Made by a program: the position numbers and the translations under genes. A stretch of DNA of 64,000 nt, taken from IMG/VR virus record IMGVR_UViG_2922690425_000004, positions 32,001 through 96,000 of that record. The stretch is one strand, 5' to 3'. This DNA comes from a virus. Its lineage: Duplodnaviria > Caudoviricetes. This document shows, piece after piece, positions 49,187-57,599 of the stretch; positions within the stretch are counted from its first letter, which is position 1; every line of letters begins with the position of its first letter. Below the pieces are notes generated by a model. It was not told the origin of the DNA and searched no databases. It saw only the letters and a list, made by a program, of their open reading frames with translations.

Positions 49187-49549
49187 TTTAGATATTTATG
49201 GATGGCAGTTGAAATGTAGTTTTAATTAAAAAGATAGGTGAAATGCAGAATGTATTGTGAGAAGTGTGGTAAGAAACTAGAGGATGTGTTGGAACACGTT
49301 AAGCACATCCTCCATGAGTGCAATGGATAAAATACATACAAGTAAGGGGAAGCAGCAATAGTGGACGAGAAGGCAAGAGAAGCACTTAGGAAGGCTGTAT
49401 ATCTAATTGGTATTGGGGAAGGGTTGAAGGCAAGCGAATTGCTGATTGATCTCTGCTGAATCAACCTCTGAACGATGCAGCTAAATAACCGCACCACAAA
49501 GTTTGTTTTATAGTGAGTAAAATATAATTTTTATTAAAAAGCCTGCCAA

Positions 49550-50071
49550 TTAAATGGCAGGTTCTTCTTTGTGTGCAATGTTTTTTGGAAACCCTAATTG
49601 TTCGGCTCTGTGTATAATTTTAATTAATGTGTCTAAATCCTCGCTAGCGATAGGTCTTTCTTTCCTGCCATCACTAATTTCGATTTTCAACTCATTTATT
49701 TTATTTGTTTGCATTCGAATTGTTTCCTGCATATTCAGAAATTCCAATCGCAAGTTATTTAGTGCGTCGATTGCTTTATCTATTTCTGTCATATAATTTA
49801 TGTCTTCTTTCATAGCTGTGTTGGTATTTGTATTTCTTATTTTTGTATTTGTCTTATTATTCATTCTTTCTTCTTTAGCTGCTTTTATTTCATTCCTATA
49901 GTTATGTCTCAAAGCACTGTTCCAGCGAAAACCACATGCTGCCGCTGTACGATTTAGTTCTCTCCCAACCTCCTGAAATGCAGTTAATTGAGTTTTGTTA
50001 CTGCTTATATAGTTAATCACTGTTTTAGCTAGCAGATCGTCATCGGATCGAGACCAAGCGTCTTGTCGCAT
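49550..50071 (-). CDS. rsfA: RsfA-family (forespore) transcriptional regulator
   Basis: RQDAWS...LLAKTV...TQLTAFQEVG..LNRTAAACGFRWNS. Confidence 0.85.
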   Translation of the reverse strand: MRQDAWSRSDDDLLAKTVINYISSNKTQLTAFQEVGRELNRTAAACGFRWNSALRHNYRNEIKAAKEERMNNKTNTKIRNTNTNTAMKEDINYMTEIDKAIDALNNLRLEFLNMQETIRMQTNKINELKIEISDGRKERPIASEDLDTLIKIIHRAEQLGFPKNIAHKEEPAI

Positions 50072-50103
50072 CTATATTCCTCCCTGAAGATATCCTTAAT
50101 GCT

Positions 50104-50133
50104 ATGTATATCCAGTTGTCAATAGTATTATGC
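50104..50133 (-). promoter_or_regulatory. Candidate sigmaF/sigmaG promoter for rsfA
   Basis: GCATA-15-GGATATACA on the minus strand. Confidence 0.4.
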
Positions 50134-50176
50134 ACTTAGGCACGGAAATATTCGTATGATACGAAAAAAACTTGAC

Positions 50177-50190
50177 AGAACAAACGTTCC
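50177..50190. promoter_or_regulatory. LexA (Cheo) box upstream of mazF
   Basis: AGAAC-AAAC-GTTCC abutting TTGTAT(50194)-17-TATAAT(50217). Confidence 0.6.
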
Positions 50191-50319
50191 ATCTTGTATT
50201 TAATTATTTTTGTTAGTATAATTACATATAGAAAGAGCAAGATAAGTTTAGAAAAGTACATAATAGAATTTAAAACTAGTAGCAAAAATAAAAATAAGAT
50301 GAGAAGTAAACAATAGTTA

Positions 50320-50706
50320 ATGAGGAGTGATTACATAGTGGCGGTAGCAATGGATCGAATGACAAAAGAAATTAAACGCTTGGATATGTGGAATGTACAT
50401 TTAGGGAGCAATAAAGGGAGCGTACAAAGTGGTGAAAGACCTTGTGTGGTGATTGGTAACAATATGGGAAACAAGTATTCTCCAGTAGTTATAGTGGCTC
50501 CTGTAACATCACGTGTAAAAAAAGAAATGCCTACTCATGTAAAAGTAAGTGGAACAGACACAGGACTATATAGCGATAGCATCATTTTGCTGGAACAAAT
50601 TATGACTATATCCAAAGATCAATTAGATTTTAAAATTACCGAACTTCCAGATAAGTATAGTCATGAAATTGTGGATGCATTATCAGTTTCATTGGCAATG
50701 AGATAA
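50320..50706 (+). CDS. mazF: MazF/PemK (EndoA-like) endoribonuclease, no adjacent MazE
   Basis: GSVQSGERPCVVIGNNMGNKYSPVVIVAPVTS...PTHV...EQIMTISK. Confidence 0.85.
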   Translation: MRSDYIVAVAMDRMTKEIKRLDMWNVHLGSNKGSVQSGERPCVVIGNNMGNKYSPVVIVAPVTSRVKKEMPTHVKVSGTDTGLYSDSIILLEQIMTISKDQLDFKITELPDKYSHEIVDALSVSLAMR

Positions 50707-50733
50707 AGAAACGGGAAACTAATCCCGTTTCTC
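50706..50733. terminator. Bidirectional terminator
   Basis: AGAAACGGGA-AACTAA-TCCCGTTTCT between convergent genes. Confidence 0.6.
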
Positions 50734-50940
50734 TTCTTTATGTAAAAGGATTATCTCATCAAGATCTATATCCAAGACTTCGCAAATAGTAGCCAAGTTG
50801 TCGAAAGATAGTTGTTTTGCAGTGTTATTGCATAGGCTATTTATTGTTGCAGGTCTAATGCCAGTTCTGCGCGCCAACTCCCTATTACTAATACCCTTTC
50901 TATCTAATATATGAGAGAGTGTAATTTCAAACCACCACAT
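50719..50940 (-). CDS. Cro/C1-type HTH regulator
   Basis: SNRELARRTGIRPATINSLCNN...LATICEVLD. Confidence 0.85.
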   Translation of the reverse strand: MWWFEITLSHILDRKGISNRELARRTGIRPATINSLCNNTAKQLSFDNLATICEVLDIDLDEIILLHKEEKRD

Positions 50941-50958
50941 ATTTCACCAAAAAAGCAG

Positions 50959-51020
50959 TTGACATGTAAAATAACCCCTTTTATAATAAATTAAGAGCAA
51001 GTGGAACGAATTTCGTTCCA
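50959..51020 (+). promoter_or_regulatory. Consensus sigmaA promoter with downstream palindromic operator
   Basis: TTGACA(50959)-17-TATAAT(50982); TGGAACGAA-T-TTCGTTCCA at 51002-51020. Confidence 0.7.
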
Positions 51021-51123
51021 TAAAGAAGACATAACAAAATCTCCCTACTTTTGTAGAGGGAGTAATTTGTCATTTTATTCTATCAGATTAACGGCATAAT
51101 AGACAACATCATGGAGAGCAGCT

Positions 51124-51339
51124 ATGAAAAATAAAAGATTTTGTTTAATGAAGCTAACCGAGTATGACAGAGAACATAAACTCGAAACTTGGGTATTTAC
51201 GAACACAAATGCCGATAGCGAGCACACACTAAGCAATTTTATGGCAAATGGGTTCCGTATATGGGATTCTAAGAAAAACCGGGTAGTGAGAACGAACCTT
51301 GATATTGACAAATGGTTACATGTTCACCAAAAGGAGTGA
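51124..51339 (+). CDS. Hypothetical protein
   Basis: GGAG RBS. Confidence 0.55.
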   Translation: MKNKRFCLMKLTEYDREHKLETWVFTNTNADSEHTLSNFMANGFRIWDSKKNRVVRTNLDIDKWLHVHQKE

Positions 51340-51340
51340 A

Positions 51341-51721
51341 ATGATGGGTCAAGTCATAACAGATTTAATGATAAAAACATCATATGATTACGCAAAAAGA
51401 GTATTTCATAATCAGATTGAATTAAATCATGCACTTAACGACATTGTATCTCTATCCGGTATGTATAGAGGGTTAGCTTTAGCTTACATTTCAGCCTTCA
51501 GATCAATGATAGAAGGAAAAGTTTATAAGATTGCAATAAAGACAGAAGCGACAATGTATTTTCTTGTCCATATTCACAAAGATTACGGCGCTTTATGTTT
51601 TAGCAAAGCTCTAGAGTCTGTAGATCTACATATAGATTATTACAAAAATATTAAAGGTATAAAATTAAATAAAATAAAGGAAATTGTTGAAGATTTAAAA
51701 GATAAGGAGGTTCTTGCATGA
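51341..51721 (+). CDS. Hypothetical protein
   Basis: Start at MMGQ after AAGGAG. Confidence 0.55.
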   Translation: MMGQVITDLMIKTSYDYAKRVFHNQIELNHALNDIVSLSGMYRGLALAYISAFRSMIEGKVYKIAIKTEATMYFLVHIHKDYGALCFSKALESVDLHIDYYKNIKGIKLNKIKEIVEDLKDKEVLA

Positions 51722-52089
51722 AGTGTATGTATTGTAGAAAGGAATTTTTTACAACCGTTGAGGATCGAAAATTGTGTGATATCTGTCTCCCCATTGTGAG
51801 GAAAGAATTAATAGCAAATCCACATAAATACACAAAATTAGATTTTGGAAATTTATTGTGGCACAAAGAGGACGATGAGTCTAAAAACTATTGTTAATGT
51901 CTTATTCATGAGTATGTATTAAAAACACTGCTGGATAAAATAGAGATTTATTTAGAGAGTCTTGTAACAACTATTTAGAAGTATATGAACACGAACGTGG
52001 GCGAACATGAAAAGAGTTCGCTTTTTTGTGTTTTTTAAAATTTATTGTTTTGATAATAACTATCGCTTATAGTATATTAATCATAGGAG

Positions 52090-52569
52090 GTGTTTGCGAT
52101 TAATTCTCAATATTACACAATGACCTACACGCTAAATAGCGGTATTAAAGGAAGTTTAAATCTGTCCACCAAACAAATACAGGACTGGATAGAATCTTAT
52201 CGTGTAGGCAGTAAATATGTAACAACAGTAGGTAAAGAGTACTTTGGATTGAATCCTGAGCTTGTGGCAGACTTTAAAGTACATAATGAATTTAGTGAGC
52301 AGAGGGAATATGTAGCAGCAATACAGCAACCAACAGTAGCAAGTAAGGTCAATCAACTTCTAACAGATGCATACAGCCAGCATAAAGTATGGATACAAGT
52401 AGAATGTAAATGTGGGGCTTCCTATATCAAAGATTCGGTGTATAAGAGAAGTAAATGGGGTTGTAAAGAATGTGGTGATATTGTATTTTTGGATAACAAG
52501 AAGGGTATGGTGGAAACAGAGAAGGGCAAGGCTTGGTATATGACCAACAGGTATTTTGTTGAGAGGTGA
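52090..52569 (+). CDS. Zn-ribbon protein
   Basis: CKCG...CKECG; AGGAGG RBS. Confidence 0.55.
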   Translation: MFAINSQYYTMTYTLNSGIKGSLNLSTKQIQDWIESYRVGSKYVTTVGKEYFGLNPELVADFKVHNEFSEQREYVAAIQQPTVASKVNQLLTDAYSQHKVWIQVECKCGASYIKDSVYKRSKWGCKECGDIVFLDNKKGMVETEKGKAWYMTNRYFVER

Positions 52570-53339
52570 TTCATATGGATAATGAGATCGTTGCTCAGGC
52601 AAGGCTTGCGGCAGAAAAAGCAGGTGGATATTTGACAACTGAGCTTTTTGATAAATACAGAGATAAGGATAAAACTGTAACGTGGGATACTTATAACAGA
52701 AAACACAAAATTGGATTCAAGGAATTTTTAAAAATTGCAAACATACCAAGTAAAGATGAGTTTCAACTAAAAGAAAATAGAACAAAAGCCATAAGTAATT
52801 TGAAGTTATTAAATGTAACACAAGGCTATATTGATAAGCAAGGATATGAGAAAGAGGGCTTTAGTCCTAGCTGGGATTATATATCTGAGCATTTTGGAAT
52901 AGAAAATCTCGCAGAAGTAGCAAAGGTCAACTTAAAGAATAGATATTTAAACATCGATACAATGATAAGCGATTTGAAACAGGCAATAAAAAGGCTAGGC
53001 TATATCCCAACTAGAAAACAGTATGGGGATCTAAAACTTAAACCTTCATTGTCTACGATTGCAAATAACAATATGACATGGGAAGTGGCTATGGCAAAGG
53101 CCGAGTTTAATGCTAAAGGAGCTAAAACACACGACAAAGTTTGTAACAACGAAAGGTGCTATACGCAATTCACACCAGTTAATAATGAGCTATTTTGTGA
53201 TAGCTGCTACAAACAAATCAGGGAAGAAATTATAAAAAAGATACAAAACTATTCTTTAAGTGATGTAAGAAAAATGGCTATCGATCTAGTTTTATTTGGT
53301 AATAGCCATCAAAAGTTGGACGAATATCGGCGACTATAG
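52566..53339 (+). CDS. Homing-endonuclease-associated repeat protein with Zn motif
   Basis: Repeated LGYIPT...PS...W units; CNNERC...FCDSC. Confidence 0.5.
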   Translation: MIHMDNEIVAQARLAAEKAGGYLTTELFDKYRDKDKTVTWDTYNRKHKIGFKEFLKIANIPSKDEFQLKENRTKAISNLKLLNVTQGYIDKQGYEKEGFSPSWDYISEHFGIENLAEVAKVNLKNRYLNIDTMISDLKQAIKRLGYIPTRKQYGDLKLKPSLSTIANNNMTWEVAMAKAEFNAKGAKTHDKVCNNERCYTQFTPVNNELFCDSCYKQIREEIIKKIQNYSLSDVRKMAIDLVLFGNSHQKLDEYRRL

Positions 53340-53394
53340 TCATGTATATTTATTATTTTTTTATGTTATAATGAAAATATAATCAATACAAAGG

Positions 53395-54714
53395 GTGACG
53401 ATATTGAAAAAAGAGAGAAGCGAATTAGAACAACGTCTAACTGAAATTGTTGAATCAAATAAAAATGATAAGAAAAGCATTTTAAAAATTAATGATCGTT
53501 TGAGTGCATTGGGAGTTCCATACGGAGAATATAATAAAATAATAATCAACACAAAACTGTTACAAGATACTGATATTTCACTTATATGTGTGATTACAGA
53601 AGTATTGCAAAGTGTACTTGGTAATACAATAATTGATGTAATGGACTATTTTAGCCATAATGAAATAAACGAAGCAAAAGAAAACATTAAATTGATCTAT
53701 CAAAAAGATTATTTAAAACTGCCTATTACTTTTGAAGACGTAATACAAATAGATGAAAGATCGTATTCTACAAAGATTACTATACAGATGTTGGTACAAA
53801 TGTTCAATTCTCAATTAATTAATTATGACCCTCGTTCCCAACGTGGTATGAGATACAAAGGTAATACTCGCGATGGTGTAGTGGAGTCACCCATTGTTAA
53901 CCAAACGAGTGTAAAAAAAATTGCTCAAAAAATTCTAAATCAAAGCTATCTTGCAGATACAATTACTTTTAATGTATTCGCATACGAGCACCAACCTGTG
54001 ACATATGATAAAGAAAATTATACTCTCACAATAAACGAAAAAAGTATAATTTCCATACTCGATGGATATCATCGTTTTCAAGGTCAAATTAAAGCTTTGA
54101 ACACAAAAGAAGACATTGATTTTGTATCTCCTCTTTCAATAAGAGTATATGACAACACCACCGCAGAACAATATTTTGGTCAAATAAATACCATAAACCC
54201 TTTGTCCAAGGAAAGAAGAAAAGAACTACAAGCGGAAAAGAAGTCAGACAACGTGGTAAAAGAATTACAAAATAATCCAAATAGTGAACTAAGAGGGATT
54301 AGAATTGCTTCTAGCAGAAAGGCAAATAAAGAAGTTGGTCAACTTACAACTTTCAGTATTTTGTCATTCGGAATTGAAAAAACATTTAACCCAACTAATT
54401 ATGTTGAGTACAGAGAAGTCTCAGAATATTTAATTAAATTTTTTGGGTATCTTATTGGCTTTTATTACGACGAATTTATTGAAAATCCCAATAAACACAC
54501 TTATATCAACAATCCTTTTATGTTCCTTGGGTATACGGTTATCGCTAAACGTTTTTACGATGAGAATAGAGAATTGAAAAGTTTGAAGAGTGTTGTAGAT
54601 GAGATCAATTTTGAAGATAATGATTTGATTGAAATCCTTGAATCGAAGAGAATTTACGACAATAAGAAATTACAGGGAGAACTTATAAAATATTTTGAGC
54701 GCACTATAAAATAA
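53395..54714 (+). CDS. yopQ: DGQHR/DndB-like protein, YopQ/SroE-like
   Basis: YDPRSQRG and ILDGYHR motifs; directly upstream of the YopR-like gene. Confidence 0.7.
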   Translation: MTILKKERSELEQRLTEIVESNKNDKKSILKINDRLSALGVPYGEYNKIIINTKLLQDTDISLICVITEVLQSVLGNTIIDVMDYFSHNEINEAKENIKLIYQKDYLKLPITFEDVIQIDERSYSTKITIQMLVQMFNSQLINYDPRSQRGMRYKGNTRDGVVESPIVNQTSVKKIAQKILNQSYLADTITFNVFAYEHQPVTYDKENYTLTINEKSIISILDGYHRFQGQIKALNTKEDIDFVSPLSIRVYDNTTAEQYFGQINTINPLSKERRKELQAEKKSDNVVKELQNNPNSELRGIRIASSRKANKEVGQLTTFSILSFGIEKTFNPTNYVEYREVSEYLIKFFGYLIGFYYDEFIENPNKHTYINNPFMFLGYTVIAKRFYDENRELKSLKSVVDEINFEDNDLIEILESKRIYDNKKLQGELIKYFERTIK

Positions 54715-54731
54715 CAAGAGGTGTCTTATTA

Positions 54732-55721
54732 ATGAACCGTATATATGGAGACAATCTATATAATCCAGATATAAAACAAAGGTTTTTAGAGGGATATAGA
54801 AAAGCAACAAGAGGTAATTATGAAAGTAAATTAAAACGTGCAAGCAAGGTTGAAATGAAATACAACAAAGATTTGTATAATTTTAGTTTGTCCGAAATCG
54901 AAGAGGTTATGTATTTGTTGGCTCCCAATAAATTGAGTTCGGCAACTATATATGGATCGGTAATTAAAAAATACATCGAGTGGGCTATTTCTCAAGATCT
55001 TAGAGCTGATAATCTGAATCCACTTGATGTTGTTAATGGTAAGGAATTTTATGAAAAGTTTATTCCAAAACAAATTCTTATAAGAGATGACGATCTTGAG
55101 TTAGCGCTTGGTAAAATTGATAGCAATAGAGATATTGTTATAATTCAAAGTATATTTGAAGGCATTCTAGGACGTGAATGCTCCGAAATCAGGAACTTGA
55201 AAAAGCAGGATATAAATCAAGCCAATGGGACAGTAAAACTTACAAACGTTGGACGATATGGTGAAGTGGAAGAACGAGAAATAGAGATAAGCGAATTTTT
55301 ATTGGAAGCAATGTTTAGAGCCGATGAGGAGACAGCTTATAGCTCAAATTTCGGTGAAGGGAGTCTCAGTAATAAAAAAATCAGTAGCCTTAAAGACAGT
55401 TCTTATATTATAAAAAGCACTAAAGACGAAAAAGTTAAACAGACCCTTATATCTCAAACTATCACAAAGTTTGCTACAAAGCTAAATATGGATAGATTGT
55501 CTCCAGTAGACATAAGGAATTCAGGAATGCTAAAAATGGCGAAAGATTTTTATGTTGATAATAAGGGTAAACTGGAGAGAAGCGATATACATGAAATAAG
55601 CAAAAAGTTTAATGTGGGCAGTAAAGATGGAGAGATTTTCTATACAACAATGTACACAAAAGACTTTTTAAATATAGAAACAATAATAAGAATATATCCA
55701 GAAGTACTTGAAGTAGAATAA
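54732..55721 (+). CDS. yopR: Master lysogeny repressor, catalytically degenerate tyrosine-recombinase fold (YopR/MrpR/SroF-like)
   Basis: LYNPDIKQRFL, KDLYNFS, FEGILG..SEIRNLK and IRNSG motifs; lacks the catalytic HxxR His. Confidence 0.75.
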   Translation: MNRIYGDNLYNPDIKQRFLEGYRKATRGNYESKLKRASKVEMKYNKDLYNFSLSEIEEVMYLLAPNKLSSATIYGSVIKKYIEWAISQDLRADNLNPLDVVNGKEFYEKFIPKQILIRDDDLELALGKIDSNRDIVIIQSIFEGILGRECSEIRNLKKQDINQANGTVKLTNVGRYGEVEEREIEISEFLLEAMFRADEETAYSSNFGEGSLSNKKISSLKDSSYIIKSTKDEKVKQTLISQTITKFATKLNMDRLSPVDIRNSGMLKMAKDFYVDNKGKLERSDIHEISKKFNVGSKDGEIFYTTMYTKDFLNIETIIRIYPEVLEVE

Positions 55722-55747
55722 GTTTTTTCTTATTCTACTTTTTTTTA
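55711..55747 (+). terminator. Terminator after the repressor
   Basis: AAGTAGAATAAG-6-CTTATTCTACTT plus T-tract. Confidence 0.7.
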
Positions 55748-55757
55748 TGTGTAGATG

Positions 55758-55786
55758 TTGACAGATCTGATTACTCATGATATATT
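55758..55786 (+). promoter_or_regulatory. sigmaA promoter of the agr-like operon
   Basis: TTGACA-17-TATATT with extended TG. Confidence 0.65.
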
Positions 55787-55833
55787 CACTATATAAATTA
55801 ATTATATTTGTATTTAGGGAGAGAAACAGCAGA

Positions 55834-56475
55834 ATGGAAACAATCAAATACATATTATTGTCTATGTTTGATGGAGTAGCAATTTTTACATTTGGTTTTG
55901 GGATGTACCAAGTTAAGCTTCGTGAGTATTGGATACAGTTTGTGGTGGCGAGTTTATGTATATCTGTTGCTACTTATCTATACAGAGATTATGGGCTACC
56001 AGAGAACTTTGCTCCCATTGTAAACATAGGTTTGATGATCGTTTTTCTCATTTCTTTGTTTAAGATATCGCTACTTTCATCACTTAGAATTTCTGGAATT
56101 AGTTTTTTGTTTTCATTTATTGCTCAAACAATAATTGCAGTCCTTTTTATGGTATCAACATCGAAGTCATTAGATTCAACACTTTTTACATATGGATATA
56201 TAGTACAAATAGCAGGGGACAGTATAGTAATCTTTACAAGTCTATATTTAAGAAAAAAATCTATCTGGTTTACTACATTACCCTATCAATACTCCTTAAA
56301 ATTCAAATTAAATTTCTCGAATATCACTTTGTTTATTGCGTCACTTTTAGGCGTAACATTTATGAGTAAATCTATTTTTAACAATATATATATAAATGGT
56401 CTTTTTTGGTTGGCAATATTCGTGATTATGATAATGATTGAATTTAGAAAGGAATTAAAAGATGAGAATAATTGA
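55834..56475 (+). CDS. Polytopic membrane protein resembling an AgrC sensor domain without kinase
   Basis: About 7 hydrophobic helices; ends before any HisKA/HATPase domain; overlaps the agrB start. Confidence 0.6.
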   Translation: METIKYILLSMFDGVAIFTFGFGMYQVKLREYWIQFVVASLCISVATYLYRDYGLPENFAPIVNIGLMIVFLISLFKISLLSSLRISGISFLFSFIAQTIIAVLFMVSTSKSLDSTLFTYGYIVQIAGDSIVIFTSLYLRKKSIWFTTLPYQYSLKFKLNFSNITLFIASLLGVTFMSKSIFNNIYINGLFWLAIFVIMIMIEFRKELKDENN

Positions 56476-57001
56476 TCATTTTGTTGACAAAGTGAGTCAC
56501 CAATTAAAAAATAAATATCCAGACGAGTTGCCTTCATATGGAATCATCCGATATGCTTTAAAGTTCATAATTACAAATACTATACCTATTTTTTTGATAA
56601 TAATGTTTTCTCTGATTTTTGGTAATTTAAAAGAAAGTTTGATAGCGATACTTGGTTTCTCACTACTAAGAATATTTTCGGGAGGGTTTCATTTTCAAAC
56701 TCCCGAAAAGTGCATAATTTTTTCGACAGTAATGATTATTCTTATTTCTGAACTTGGCTACTATTTTACTACACATACTTTTATAATGTTTATAGTTAGT
56801 TTGCTTATAGTTCTAATTTACGCACCAAGCGATATACAAAATCAAACAAAAGTAAAAAAAGAAAATTATAAATGGTTTAAAATTATTTCATTGTTGCTAG
56901 TTTCAATATTTTATTTAATAGACAACCCAATATCTAATCTAGCTATATTAGTTCAAAGTATTCTTCTTATTCGCCTGAAGGGAGGTGGAAAGGAAGAATG
57001 A
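56462..57001 (+). CDS. agrB: AgrB-family peptide maturation protease
   Basis: LRIFSGGFHFQTPEKC (catalytic His/Cys) and YAP motifs. Confidence 0.9.
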   Translation: MRIIDHFVDKVSHQLKNKYPDELPSYGIIRYALKFIITNTIPIFLIIMFSLIFGNLKESLIAILGFSLLRIFSGGFHFQTPEKCIIFSTVMIILISELGYYFTTHTFIMFIVSLLIVLIYAPSDIQNQTKVKKENYKWFKIISLLLVSIFYLIDNPISNLAILVQSILLIRLKGGGKEE

Positions 57002-57117
57002 AAAGCAAATTGATTATGTTAGTTGGCTTCGTTTTTACGATTCTGACTGTAGCAGAAGTAAATCTCGCTAGTTGGACGCTGGTATGCAGTGAGCCAGTGC
57101 CTGATGAATTGAAGTAA
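56998..57117 (+). CDS. agrD: AgrD-like cyclic lactone autoinducer precursor (39 aa)
   Basis: Hand translation MKSKLIMLVGFVFTILTVAEVNLASWTLVCSEPVPDELK; ATGA overlap with agrB; GGAGG RBS. Confidence 0.85.
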   Translation: MKSKLIMLVGFVFTILTVAEVNLASWTLVCSEPVPDELK

Positions 57118-57193
57118 TTAAGTGAAACAAATGTTTACCGCCTTGTACTGAATAAAACTTGCAAGGCGAGTAAACGAATCGAGGTGAATTCCA

Positions 57194-57559
57194 ATGAAGT
57201 TGACAGATACAATCAAGGTAGTAAAAAGAGAAGGTAAAAAAACACATGACCAAGCGATAATGCTTCAAGTTGGGGAAATCCGAGCTTTTAAACCTGAAAC
57301 AAAAAATGGACGAACTACGCTTGTATATTTGACAGATGACGGTGAATACATAGACGAGACCAGAGTGGATCAAACGATGAAATTATTTCAAGAACTACCT
57401 GAGTTTGAAAAAGCAAGTAGAGGAAGTATGGTTCAGATCGGAAAAATTGAACATATAGATGAAAAGAGTTATAAGATTTATGTCAATAAGCTTAAAACTC
57501 ATTTCGTAGATGTAACAGCTATACACTTGAAAAAAATACTGAGTTATTTCAAAAGGTAA
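57194..57559 (+). CDS. Stand-alone LytTR-type DNA-binding protein
   Basis: FEKASRGSMVQIGKIEHID matches LytTR F.R.HRS..VN...I..I; no receiver domain. Confidence 0.65.
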   Translation: MKLTDTIKVVKREGKKTHDQAIMLQVGEIRAFKPETKNGRTTLVYLTDDGEYIDETRVDQTMKLFQELPEFEKASRGSMVQIGKIEHIDEKSYKIYVNKLKTHFVDVTAIHLKKILSYFKR

Positions 57560-57599
57560 AATATAATTATCAATAATACATATAAATAACGGTAACTTC

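Larger units (their letters stand above)
32116..49533. repeat. Dispersed palindromic junction motif TAAAA-N6-TTTTA
   Basis: 16 exact and about 11 near copies, all at gene boundaries (positions listed in findings). Confidence 0.75.

Noticed and set aside
51002-51020. LexA box
   Set aside because: GAAC-N7-GTTC spacing is wrong; more likely the operator of the adjacent HTH protein.
53395-54714. Phosphorothioation (dnd) system
   Set aside because: Only a DGQHR-like domain; no dndCDE; matches YopQ context.
54732-55721. Prophage integrase
   Set aside because: Catalytic residues are degenerate; matches the MrpR-type repressor.
55834-57559. Canonical agrCA two-component system
   Set aside because: No histidine kinase or receiver domain, and no spare DNA in the locus for a frameshifted one.
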